From positions 1-54,066 of the forward strand of contig CAZQUN010000007.1 of assembly GCA_964596615.1 (NCBI GenBank): a stretch of DNA of 54,066 bases. Reading direction: 5' to 3'. Numbering within the stretch: the first letter of the stretch is position 1; each line of letters starts with the position of its first letter. This DNA is from an uncultured Candidatus Saccharibacteria bacterium (lineage in GTDB: Bacteria > Patescibacteriota > Minisyncoccia > Portnoybacterales > UBA2143). The notes beneath the pieces are model-generated. The model worked only from the letters and a program-made list of their open reading frames with translations. It was not told the DNA's origin and did no database searches. The position numbers were made by a program, and so were the translations under genes. Of the stretch, positions 18,361 through 27,530 are shown piece after piece.

Positions 18361-18856
18361 TAAAACTTCCAAAAAAGAAAAATCATTATATAAACCAATC
18401 CTTGATTGGTTGGATGAATATCTAAAGAATAAAAATCCCCGAGCAAAGGTTTCTGTTTATGATGTTCACTCAACAGACTTAAGCGATTTTCTGCAAAGGA
18501 CACCTTTTAAAAAATACTTTCCCGAATACTCAACTTATAAAATTAGAGTTGATTTGGTTGGTGTTGTTGAGCAAAAAGATAAATGCTTTTTAACTTTTAT
18601 TGAGGTTAAATATGGACAATTAAATTTAAGAGACGTTTCTCAATTACTCGGTTATTCAAGGATAGTCAAACCAGAAGCTTCTTTTCTAATATCTCCCAAA
18701 GGCCCAACAAGACCATTAGGTCAATTGCTCAAGTATTTTGGACGACTGGATATTTTAGAATATAAGCCTAACTATTTTATCCGTATAGCGAGATGGGATA
18801 GCTCAAGAAAGGCAATTTTAATGGATTCGGTTATTCCGCCGTTGAATCAATTATAG
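18353..18856 (+). CDS. Small PD-(D/E)XK nuclease, putative restriction catalytic subunit
   Basis: E..LY, RVDLVG, FIEVK and SQLLGY motifs; overlaps the previous gene. Confidence 0.65.
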   Translation: MDNKTSKKEKSLYKPILDWLDEYLKNKNPRAKVSVYDVHSTDLSDFLQRTPFKKYFPEYSTYKIRVDLVGVVEQKDKCFLTFIEVKYGQLNLRDVSQLLGYSRIVKPEASFLISPKGPTRPLGQLLKYFGRLDILEYKPNYFIRIARWDSSRKAILMDSVIPPLNQL

Positions 18857-19011
18857 ATATGTATTTTTTTATTCAGCAAGCTACGACCATAGTTAATCTA
18901 TTTTTAAAACGGGCTGGCAACCTGTTTAATTTTTTTAATTCCCCAATTCAGACTATGAGGTGCACAAATACGAAAAACAAGAAGAGATTAAAATAGTCTA
19001 ATCTAAATGAT

Positions 19012-19650
19012 ATGGAGTTACCATCATGGCTAAAAATAATAGAAAGTTTAATTGGCAATCTGAATATTTCAGGGTGGTTTAGAGGATGGTTTACGAAAGT
19101 GAATATTGAGAAAATTTTTATTTTACCTGTAAATATCGGCGAGGAGCCTAAGATAGTAGATATTCCTCGTCAAGGAATCGAGACAGGAATACAGGAAGAA
19201 TTTACAGACGAAGAAAGATATTTAATTGCGAAGATTAATAAAGCACATGAGCTTTGCGGCTGCAATGGATTTGATTTTGAAAAAAATTACAGACAAGCCC
19301 TGAATCATATTAGAAAAAAATTGTCTGAAGATTGGTATGAATGCGCTGCGAAAGATATGGTGTTGGTTAAAGAAAATATTGATTTTTTTAGTGCATTTAA
19401 AGAAGTAGATGACCCAAAAGAAAAAGAATCGTTTGAGGGATATAAAAAAGATATAAATTACTTATATGACATTATCCAGAAAATCAAACATAGTAATAAA
19501 AGGGGTAGTATTGAGGAAGAATTTTTGAGTCCGTATGATAAAAAGTTCAATAATGTTGTAATGACAGATGAAAGGTATCAAGAAATATTTGATAAATTCC
19601 AAAAGTTATTAATTGAATTATTTAAAAAATTTAAACTCAAAGATGAATAA
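19012..19650 (+). CDS. Hypothetical helical protein, possible HEPN-like effector
   Basis: 212-aa ORF overlapping the next gene by 8 nt. YRQAL...AAKDM and LYDIIQKIKH patterns are only suggestive. Confidence 0.4.
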   Translation: MELPSWLKIIESLIGNLNISGWFRGWFTKVNIEKIFILPVNIGEEPKIVDIPRQGIETGIQEEFTDEERYLIAKINKAHELCGCNGFDFEKNYRQALNHIRKKLSEDWYECAAKDMVLVKENIDFFSAFKEVDDPKEKESFEGYKKDINYLYDIIQKIKHSNKRGSIEEEFLSPYDKKFNNVVMTDERYQEIFDKFQKLLIELFKKFKLKDE

Positions 19651-22588
19651 CAATATGAATCAATTAGAATTACATAAAAAAATAGAAGAATTCTTTAAAG
19701 CAGGTGTTAAATCAGTAGATGTTAAAACTGCTCAAGATTTGCTCACTACTAATAATGATGCTAAAAGATTCTTTTTCTCTCAAGCTGATGAAAATTGGCT
19801 TAATTGGCTTTGGCAGAATGGTTTTCTTAATGAAATAAAAAACAAAGCAAAAGACCCTACAGAATATTCTTATCGTATTCCAGGGCTTGATTATTTAGCC
19901 AGAATGGCCGAAAAGGCACCGGCGGAAGTAGCTCAGATTATTGATTCTGTAAAAATATCCGAGAAGAACTTTAATCCAGAAGTTATCGGCCGTTTTCTTT
20001 GGATTATAAGTTCGCTTCCAGTAGAGCAGATTAAGAAGCTTACAGCTAAAATCCGAGACGAAAAATGGATATATTTAATGCGCAGTTTTCGCAAAAGCGG
20101 CTATGAGTTTGATGGGATGATTAAGAAGTTAGTCGCAAATAAAGAAAGCAAAGCAATTATAGAATTAGCTCAAGCTATTCTTACTGTCAAAGACAAGTCA
20201 GAAGTTTCTGGAAATAACAGGTTTAGTATGGATAGCCCTTTCTATGTTAGCGATTTGAGTATGACTGGTATTTTTGAAGCTTTGGCCAATGTCGGTGATT
20301 CCTATGTTGAAAAAGCATTACAAATTATGACAGATATAATGGCTGAAGTGGTTAAATTGGGCGAGCCAGAAGAGGACAATAAGGTTTTTAAATATAGCGA
20401 CTTGCTTCCTCTCTATGATCTTGATTTTTTCACATTGGAAATTAGAGACAGAGAAAGTATCTCATATCGGGAAGACGTAAAGAATTTCGCGGCTACCACG
20501 AAGAAGTTAATAGAAAGAACTATTGGCAAAAAATGCAAGAATCCTACCGAAGCAAAGGCATTATTTAAGCATATTGATAATTTGCCATCTTGTCGTTCAA
20601 TCTGGCGATTAAGATTATTTACAATGGCGCAATGTCCTAAAGTATTTAAAGAAGAATTAAAGGATGCTTTCTTTAGATTATTCGATGTTAAAACTTATTA
20701 CGATATAGAGGGCGGAACAGAGTATAAAAAAGCCCTTAAGATATGCTTCTCTTATTTGTCTAATACCGATCAGCGAGATTATGTAAAACGAGTTATGGAT
20801 TATTTTATAAAAAAAGATCAAGAAAAAGAGAACGAAAGAGAAAATTGGCATATGGGACATGGTTCAAGAATTCTTTCAATGATTACGGAGCAACTTACAG
20901 AAAAAGAAAAACAGGCAGCAAAAGATGTAGGATTTGTGCTTACACCAAATTATGAGCCCGAACCTTCAATCGGTAAAATGCGAGGAGGAAAGGTCTCTCA
21001 CAGGCCACCAGTAAATCTTAATGATTATTCAGTCGAAGAGATTATTAAAAATCTAAAGGATGAATGGACCCCAGCAAAACTTAATGAACAGTTCAAGAAT
21101 GATGATTTCTTAACTCCTCGAGGAGTTGAAGGCCTTGGTGATGCCTTGAAAGAAGATATTAAAAAGAGAACCAATGAATATTTAGGGCGTATCAACAGCT
21201 TCTTTGATAGAGATAACATTCATCCTCATTATCTGTATTCTCTCTTGCGCGGTGTTGAAGAAATGCTTCGCAATAAAGAGCCATTAAGGTTAGAACAGAT
21301 AAGCCGACTTTTAGGATTATTTGAAAATATAGAAAATGCTGGTAAAGAGAATCCATTCAAGAAGGGGGACGATAAATCTTGGCTAGTTGATTGGATAGAA
21401 GTCCATAAGGTTATTGTAGATACTTTACTCTATCTTTTAGAAAATAAAGATAAAGATAAGAGGGAAAAAATACATGAGACCCATAGAGAACAAATTAAAA
21501 ACTTAATTTCTTACCTATTTACTATCCCAGATCCAATAAAAGAACATGAAAAGCCAGAATATGGCGATTTGTATCATGTCGCCATTAACTCTGTCCGGGG
21601 AAGAACCTTTGAATCATTCGTGGTATTTACCGAAAATGACGGCAAAGAATTAGCCGATGATGTTAAGGAAATATATAAAGGAACGCTAAAAGATGATTCT
21701 TTGGCGGTGAGATTTGTCATTGGTCGATATTTGGCTTCATTCTACTTTAGAGGCAAAGAATTTGTAGCCGATTTATTAACAGAGATTTTTCCAAAGGATA
21801 ATTCAGATAAGAAAGATATTTATTTAGCTACTTGGGAAGGGTATTTATCTAATAACCTATATGACAAATTGTTCGTAGCGCTTAAAGATTATTATAACCA
21901 TGCCATTACGCTTGACCCTGATAAATATACGCAAAGGAAGTATTCCAAAGGATTAGACGAATCCTTGGCGGTCCACCTGGCTCTCGCCTTTGTTCATTTG
22001 GGTCTAAAGAAAGAAGATGATTTATTCGTCCAATTCTGGAATAAGCCAAATGTTGCCCGTCATCAAGAATTTATATCTTTTATCGGACGCAGCTATTTGA
22101 CAAGAGATCAGGCCAGTCCTCAGTGGCTGAAGGATAATAAGATAAGTGAAGAAAAGCTTGTTGATTTTTGGGATTGGGCATTAGAAAATGTTTCAGAACC
22201 TAAAGCTTTATCTAGTTTCGGCTTCTGGGTGAATCCCAATAGAGAGGTTTTGAAAGATGATGAAGTTATCGAAAGGATGGCCCAAACACTTAAAAAATCT
22301 GATGGCCATATTGATTGGGATTATGGTTTGCTTAAACGATTATCAGTTTTTGCGGAAAAAGATAGAGAAAAAACACTGGAAATCATCAAAAGTTATCTGC
22401 TTGATTCTAAAGGTGATATAAATACAAACCGCACCAGGCCTCTTTTATATCGTGGTGAAGTAAAAGAGGCGATGAAGATTATTTATAAGAATGGGAACAA
22501 GGAGCTGAAGCAGAAAGTAACTAATCTAATAAACACACTTATTGAAAAAGGGAGTAGTATGTTTTGGGATTTAAAAGAGATATTCTAA
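19643..22588 (+). CDS. Large alpha-helical repeat protein, putative defence sensor
   Basis: About 980 aa, helical and Trp-rich (FFFSQADENWLNWLWQNGFL, LDYLARMAEKAPAEV), no catalytic motif recognised. ATG 19643 or 19655. Confidence 0.55.
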   Translation: MNNNMNQLELHKKIEEFFKAGVKSVDVKTAQDLLTTNNDAKRFFFSQADENWLNWLWQNGFLNEIKNKAKDPTEYSYRIPGLDYLARMAEKAPAEVAQIIDSVKISEKNFNPEVIGRFLWIISSLPVEQIKKLTAKIRDEKWIYLMRSFRKSGYEFDGMIKKLVANKESKAIIELAQAILTVKDKSEVSGNNRFSMDSPFYVSDLSMTGIFEALANVGDSYVEKALQIMTDIMAEVVKLGEPEEDNKVFKYSDLLPLYDLDFFTLEIRDRESISYREDVKNFAATTKKLIERTIGKKCKNPTEAKALFKHIDNLPSCRSIWRLRLFTMAQCPKVFKEELKDAFFRLFDVKTYYDIEGGTEYKKALKICFSYLSNTDQRDYVKRVMDYFIKKDQEKENERENWHMGHGSRILSMITEQLTEKEKQAAKDVGFVLTPNYEPEPSIGKMRGGKVSHRPPVNLNDYSVEEIIKNLKDEWTPAKLNEQFKNDDFLTPRGVEGLGDALKEDIKKRTNEYLGRINSFFDRDNIHPHYLYSLLRGVEEMLRNKEPLRLEQISRLLGLFENIENAGKENPFKKGDDKSWLVDWIEVHKVIVDTLLYLLENKDKDKREKIHETHREQIKNLISYLFTIPDPIKEHEKPEYGDLYHVAINSVRGRTFESFVVFTENDGKELADDVKEIYKGTLKDDSLAVRFVIGRYLASFYFRGKEFVADLLTEIFPKDNSDKKDIYLATWEGYLSNNLYDKLFVALKDYYNHAITLDPDKYTQRKYSKGLDESLAVHLALAFVHLGLKKEDDLFVQFWNKPNVARHQEFISFIGRSYLTRDQASPQWLKDNKISEEKLVDFWDWALENVSEPKALSSFGFWVNPNREVLKDDEVIERMAQTLKKSDGHIDWDYGLLKRLSVFAEKDREKTLEIIKSYLLDSKGDINTNRTRPLLYRGEVKEAMKIIYKNGNKELKQKVTNLINTLIEKGSSMFWDLKEIF

Positions 22589-22601
22589 ATAATCGTAAAT
22601 T

Positions 22602-23327
22602 ATGTCTTTTTTTAGAAAAGCAATCAACGAATTTAGATATACGAATATCAAATATAGATGTTGGAAAATCGGTAAACATCTTAAATTTTCCGTTTTATTT
22701 TTTTTGATCTTGGTGATGGTTTTATCTGTTTTTATCATTTTAGAATTATATATTTTTAATAAAATTTCATTACAAGAATTTGTTAATAATTTTATACTTA
22801 CTTGGACGGCGCTAATAGTTTTATTTTATGTACTTGAAACTCATAAGCTAAAAGAAGAGGCCGCAAAACAGAATAGGATGGCGATTCACCCGTTATTAAT
22901 GGTTTATTTAAAAGAGGTCTCGTTAGTTAAATGTGCTTCAAGGCAACACGTATTAACAATTAAAAACATCGGAGAAGGGATAGCTTTCCAGCCTAAAATA
23001 AATAAACAGAATATAGATGAAGATGAAAATTATAATTATTGGTATGAATATAAGATAAATGAGCCGCTAATTTTGCCTGGCCAGGAGCATAGAATTGAGA
23101 TTGAATTCGTCAAATACCAGAAGCAGAAAAAAAATAATGTACCCACAATCGGAATTGGTAAACCCTTAATAAGTTTTTCTCAGCATAAATATTTTAAGAA
23201 AGGCAAAAATTTTCCATTAAAAATAGAATATAAGGACCTTGAAAAAGACTTACATTATAGTGAGATTATTGTAAAGCCAAAGAGAAGGACAACGGTCCTT
23301 TTTGATTTTAATAAAAAAAAGACTTAA
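22602..23327 (+). CDS. 2-TM membrane protein with soluble beta domain
   Basis: Two hydrophobic helices followed by IKNIGEGIAF. Confidence 0.65.
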   Translation: MSFFRKAINEFRYTNIKYRCWKIGKHLKFSVLFFLILVMVLSVFIILELYIFNKISLQEFVNNFILTWTALIVLFYVLETHKLKEEAAKQNRMAIHPLLMVYLKEVSLVKCASRQHVLTIKNIGEGIAFQPKINKQNIDEDENYNYWYEYKINEPLILPGQEHRIEIEFVKYQKQKKNNVPTIGIGKPLISFSQHKYFKKGKNFPLKIEYKDLEKDLHYSEIIVKPKRRTTVLFDFNKKKT

Positions 23328-23383
23328 TGGCTGAATCTTTAGGAAAAAGATATTAGTCTATAGAAAATGAGAAATTTAATATT

Positions 23384-24394
23384 ATGCCAATGTCGCCAAA
23401 GCCTACTGCCGTAGATGGCTTTTATAAGTTACCAGAAAAGTTTGCAAGAGATGTGATTGAGACTAATTTTTCGCAAAATTCACTTCAGCAGATTTCTAAT
23501 CATATCGGTTATTTTTTGGGTGTTTTAATGCCCATAAAAGTTAATTTTGTAGAAGAGCCAACAGATCCTCGTTGGGTAGTATCTGGCAGCGGGGAGATTT
23601 CTAAAAGTGAAGACGGTTCACCTGTGAGTGGATTGTATAGAGTAATGGGTTATGATCACGGCGAAATCCTTTTGATTAAGAAAAATAGATATCAATTAAA
23701 ACATGTCTTGGCTATTTTGGCGCACGAATACACGCATCATTATCTCCATCAATATGGAGCAAGAAAGGAGAGCGAGAATGAAAACGAGATACTAACAGAA
23801 ATAGCCACTGCTTATTTGGGGTTAGGGCAGTTTTTGATAAACGGCTATAAGCCGATTACTTGGACAAGCGATTACTATAATTATATTTTTGTTAGCGGAC
23901 ATACAACCCATACTATGAATTTGGGTTATGTGACTAGAAGCGCTATTAAGAAAGCCATTATATTAGCGGCAGAATTAAGAGGATGGGATCCTGAGGAAGT
24001 GGTCAGCAGCTTTTCTTCAATATTTGATAAGATGATTGTTTATTTTAAATTGTGGCCGTACAGAAGCCAAGTTAAAAGAGTTAAAAAAGAAAAAGAGGCG
24101 ATAACTAATCTTAAAAGAGAATTAGAGACAATAAGAGAGAATTATAAAAATATTTGTTTAGAGTTTGGAAAAATCTCAAAAGCGGCAAATTCGTTATCAA
24201 TATCAGGCGAGGATAATTTTAAATTTGTTGAATTAGCCAATGAGATTTCAGTAGGAAACATTAAGGGCAAAATAAAGAACCTTTTAGATAACTGCGAAGA
24301 TGCCACTAAATTTAGCAATACCAAAAAAGAGTCGGCTCAATTGGCAACTTGGATTGCGAAATGGCAAGCTTTGTTGGGTAAATACAATCATTGA
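23384..24394 (+). CDS. HEXXH zinc-metallopeptidase-like protein with C-terminal coiled coil
   Basis: AILAHEYTHHYL...NEILTE (ImmA/IrrE-like spacing). Confidence 0.65.
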   Translation: MPMSPKPTAVDGFYKLPEKFARDVIETNFSQNSLQQISNHIGYFLGVLMPIKVNFVEEPTDPRWVVSGSGEISKSEDGSPVSGLYRVMGYDHGEILLIKKNRYQLKHVLAILAHEYTHHYLHQYGARKESENENEILTEIATAYLGLGQFLINGYKPITWTSDYYNYIFVSGHTTHTMNLGYVTRSAIKKAIILAAELRGWDPEEVVSSFSSIFDKMIVYFKLWPYRSQVKRVKKEKEAITNLKRELETIRENYKNICLEFGKISKAANSLSISGEDNFKFVELANEISVGNIKGKIKNLLDNCEDATKFSNTKKESAQLATWIAKWQALLGKYNH

Positions 24395-24421
24395 TTTAAT
24401 ATATTTAATTGAGAAATAAAC

Positions 24422-25435
24422 ATGCAAGAAGATATTGAATATAGCAAAGATGATGAAATTAAAAATATTAAAGTGGGCAGACCGCACGTTGTTTTGCTTG
24501 GGGCGGGAGCTAGCAAGGCGGCTTTCCCTAAAGGCGATAAGAGAGGAGTTAAACTGCCCCTGATGAACGATTTGGTTGATTCGCTTGATTTAAGCATTGA
24601 TTTTAAAAAGCATAAAATTAATGTCAGTGGTAATTTTGAAGATGCGTTTAGCGATTTATACGAAAAAGATCAAAAACATCCATTGATTGACGTAGTTGAA
24701 AATAAGATTTTTGATTTTTTCTCTAAATTAGAATTACCTGATAATCCTACTATTTATGATTATTTGGTTCTTTCATTAAGGGATAAGGATGTTATTGCAA
24801 CTTTTAATTGGGACCCATTTTTATGGATGGCTGCAAAACGTAACCATAGAGTTGTAAATTTACCTCACTTGATATTTCTTCATGGTAATGTCGCTGTAGG
24901 GTATTGCCATAATTGTAAGCTAAAAGGCGAAAATAACTATATTTGTCAAAAATGTGGTAAGCCTTATATTCCATCAAAATTGCTTTATCCTATAAAACAG
25001 AAGGATTATAATTCAGATCCGGCTATCAGCGTAGAATGGTTGATGATGAAAAAATACATTAAACATGCATATGTTTTTACTGTATTCGGTTATAGTGTGC
25101 CCAAAACGGATGTTGAGGCTATAGAAATCTTAAAAGAAGCATGGGGCGGTTCCGAAAATAGAAATTTTGAACAAATAGAGTTCATTTATAAACCAGGGAG
25201 CAAAGAGGATAAAGTTATAAAGCCGTGGGAAGATTTTATACATACCCATCATTATCAAACTACTGATGATTTTTTTAAATCCTTTATAGCTAATCATCCA
25301 AGAAGGACCTGTGATGCGATGTGGGCTGAGAAAATGGAAGCTAGGTTTATAGACGATAATCCCGCGCCCCGAAATATTAGTCTATTAGAATTACAGAACT
25401 GGTTTAGAAAATTTAGGGAATATGAGAACGGTTAG
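24422..25435 (+). CDS. SIR2-like domain protein with Zn ribbon (putative anti-phage NADase)
   Basis: VVLLGAGAS, TFNWD, LHGNV, CHNC..CQKC, FGYS. Confidence 0.75.
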   Translation: MQEDIEYSKDDEIKNIKVGRPHVVLLGAGASKAAFPKGDKRGVKLPLMNDLVDSLDLSIDFKKHKINVSGNFEDAFSDLYEKDQKHPLIDVVENKIFDFFSKLELPDNPTIYDYLVLSLRDKDVIATFNWDPFLWMAAKRNHRVVNLPHLIFLHGNVAVGYCHNCKLKGENNYICQKCGKPYIPSKLLYPIKQKDYNSDPAISVEWLMMKKYIKHAYVFTVFGYSVPKTDVEAIEILKEAWGGSENRNFEQIEFIYKPGSKEDKVIKPWEDFIHTHHYQTTDDFFKSFIANHPRRTCDAMWAEKMEARFIDDNPAPRNISLLELQNWFRKFREYENG

Positions 25436-25467
25436 TTTTGAATTATAGGTTCTTATAGTGTATTATT

Positions 25468-25500
25468 TGAAATAAAAAAGTGAAGTTTATTGTATTAATA
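25468..25500 (+). promoter_or_regulatory. ECF-type promoter 1 (autoregulatory)
   Basis: TGAAAT-17 nt-TGTATTAATA directly upstream of the ECF sigma gene. Confidence 0.7.
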
Positions 25501-25513
25501 ATAGGAGCCATAT

Positions 25514-26086
25514 ATGTCTAAATCGTTAAGTCGGCTTCCAGATGAGAAAATTGTGCGTATGGTTCAGTCAGGCAAAATTGAGTCATTTGGTATATTGGTT
25601 AAAAGGTATCAAGAGAAAATGTTGCGCTATGGGAGAAAATTCCTTTTTAATCACAATGATATTGAAGATTTAGTCCAAGAAGTATTTATTAAGGTCTATA
25701 CCAATATCCAGAGCTTTGACGCCTCAAGAAAGTTTTCTGCTTGGCTTTATCGTATTGCCCATAATGAATTCATTAACGCCATTAAGAAGAAGGGCAAAGA
25801 GCCATTGCCTTTTTTTGACTTAGATATCTTGTGGCCTCGTTCTGTTTCTAAAGAGAATGCTGATAAAGAAACCAATCAGCGTGAACTTAGTCAGATGCTA
25901 GGGCGATGTCTTGATAAGTTGAATCCTAAGTATCGTGAACCATTAATTCTTTATTATTTTGAAGAATTAACTTACCAAGAGATTGCTGATGTTTTACATA
26001 TCCCGATTGCCACAGTTGGCATTAGATTAAAAAGAGGTAAGGAAATTATGAAATCTCTTTTTCAAAAATATGGGTTCAATAAGTGA
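25514..26086 (+). CDS. ECF RNA polymerase sigma factor (SigW-like)
   Basis: EDLVQEVFIKVY, FSAWLYRIAHN, LTYQEIADVL..ATVGIRLKRG. Confidence 0.93.
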   Translation: MSKSLSRLPDEKIVRMVQSGKIESFGILVKRYQEKMLRYGRKFLFNHNDIEDLVQEVFIKVYTNIQSFDASRKFSAWLYRIAHNEFINAIKKKGKEPLPFFDLDILWPRSVSKENADKETNQRELSQMLGRCLDKLNPKYREPLILYYFEELTYQEIADVLHIPIATVGIRLKRGKEIMKSLFQKYGFNK

Positions 26087-26804
26087 TAAAGTTTTCAATA
26101 AAATAAAGAAAGAGCAGATTAAGATGCGACCCAAAATATACTTTATTTTAAGGGCTGTTTTGGTTGCTTCGATGACTCTATTAGTGGCCTTCTTTGTCTT
26201 GTTTCTGGTCAGCTTTATCCTCTTTAATTTAAGAGCCAGCGGAGCATGGTTCTTGCCTCGGTTTGGTTTTCCAGCCATTGGAATTTTCTTGAAATCACTG
26301 CCCTGGCTTTTGATTTTAATAGCGATAATTCTGATTGTTGTCTTAGAGACATTGGTTAAACGTTTCTCCTTTGCTTATCGCAGACCAATTCTTTACTCAG
26401 TATTAGCCATTATTATCTTCGCCTTTTTAGGCAGTTTTGCGATTAGTAGAACTCATCTTCATCCAGATTTTTTTTGGAAAGCCCAGGGAAGGAAATTGCC
26501 GATGATGGGCGGATTCTATCGTGGTTTTGGCATGCCCAGATTAGGCGATGTCCATTGTGGTATTGTTTCTGATATGATGGATAATGGTTTCTATCTAGAG
26601 ACGGCTAAAGGCGAAATACTGACTATTGTGGCTACTTCAACTATCCGTTCTCCATTGGGCCCGGTTATTAAAAAAGACGATAGAGTAATAGTTTTAGGCA
26701 AGCGGGATGACGGGACAGTACGAGCTTTTGGCGTTCGTAAGGTTGATGAACAATTTGAGATTTTTGAGCGGCGGCCGCACGGTCCGATGCCTTGGCATAG
26801 ATAG
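26070..26804 (+). CDS. Putative anti-sigma factor (3 TM helices plus OB-like C-terminal domain)
   Basis: Overlaps the sigma gene; three hydrophobic segments. Confidence 0.65.
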   Translation: MGSISDKVFNKIKKEQIKMRPKIYFILRAVLVASMTLLVAFFVLFLVSFILFNLRASGAWFLPRFGFPAIGIFLKSLPWLLILIAIILIVVLETLVKRFSFAYRRPILYSVLAIIIFAFLGSFAISRTHLHPDFFWKAQGRKLPMMGGFYRGFGMPRLGDVHCGIVSDMMDNGFYLETAKGEILTIVATSTIRSPLGPVIKKDDRVIVLGKRDDGTVRAFGVRKVDEQFEIFERRPHGPMPWHR

Positions 26805-26808
26805 TTAG

Positions 26809-26840
26809 TGAAAGAAAAAAAGTTTTTATTTGTATTAATA
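26809..26840 (+). promoter_or_regulatory. ECF-type promoter 2
   Basis: TGAAAG-16 nt-TGTATTAATA. Confidence 0.65.
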
Positions 26841-26843
26841 ATT

Positions 26844-26895
26844 AAGAAGGCTAAACGAGAAGAGAGGAACTTTGCTCGTTTTTGGCCTTCTTTTT
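26844..26895 (+). terminator. Hairpin terminator, possibly defining a ~55-nt RNA from promoter 2
   Basis: AAGAAGGCTAAACGAG...CTCGTTTTTGGCCTTCTT followed by a T run. Confidence 0.6.
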
Positions 26896-26903
26896 ATTAT
26901 AAA

Positions 26904-26935
26904 TGAAAGAAATTTGGTAATTTTTTGTATTAATA
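26904..26935 (+). promoter_or_regulatory. ECF-type promoter 3, driving the exporter operon
   Basis: TGAAAG-16 nt-TGTATTAATA. Confidence 0.7.
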
Positions 26936-27026
26936 GGTAGAGCCTCGTACCAAATCCTGTTATCCTCTCTAGGGAAGATGGTACAGGATAAAGGTCGAGA
27001 ATACTAAATAATAAAGGAGTTTATTT

Positions 27027-27470
27027 ATGAGCAAAAAATATCTTGCTTATACAATTCTGCCAGCTTTAGCTTTGGTTCTGGCTGGTACTGGGGTTGCTTC
27101 AGCTCATGGCTGGTTTGGTGGTTTTGGTAACGCTACGCCAGAGGAAATTGCCCAACATCAAGAAACAATGTTTCAAAACAAAGCCGAACTTTTTGGCATT
27201 GGCGTTGATGAGATGAAAAATTACTGGGCCGAGGGCAAAAACTTTAAAGAAATTGCTGAAGCAGAAGGAATTACTCAAGAGCAACTTCAGGAGCGGATGA
27301 TGGAAGCCAGAAACGAACGAATGCAAAACCATATCCAAACGATAGTAGATAATGGCGTTATTAGCCAGGAGCAAGCTGACAAACGTTTACAATTTATGGA
27401 AGAGCGATTTACTAACGGCAAGATGGACAGAGGTTTTCATCGCGGCTTTGGCATGGGCTGCGGCTGGTAA
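27027..27470 (+). CDS. Secreted helical protein, Gly/Met-rich ends
   Basis: Signal peptide ending ASA; SD AAGGAG upstream. Confidence 0.75.
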   Translation: MSKKYLAYTILPALALVLAGTGVASAHGWFGGFGNATPEEIAQHQETMFQNKAELFGIGVDEMKNYWAEGKNFKEIAEAEGITQEQLQERMMEARNERMQNHIQTIVDNGVISQEQADKRLQFMEERFTNGKMDRGFHRGFGMGCGW

Positions 27471-27479
27471 AGGATTTTT

Positions 27480-27517
27480 ACCCCGCACCAATTCGCCAAA
27501 GGCGGATGGTGCGGGGT
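27480..27517 (+). other. Strong intergenic stem-loop (stabiliser or attenuator)
   Basis: ACCCCGCACCA...TGGTGCGGGGT 11-bp stem plus an inner TTCGCC/GGCGGA stem. Confidence 0.6.
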
Positions 27518-27530
27518 TCACCCCCTGTAT

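Noticed and set aside
12292-25435. Integron cassette array (many co-oriented genes)
   Set aside because: No repeated attC-like inverted-repeat units in the spacers, many genes overlap, and the recombinase shows no recognisable IntI-specific insertion.
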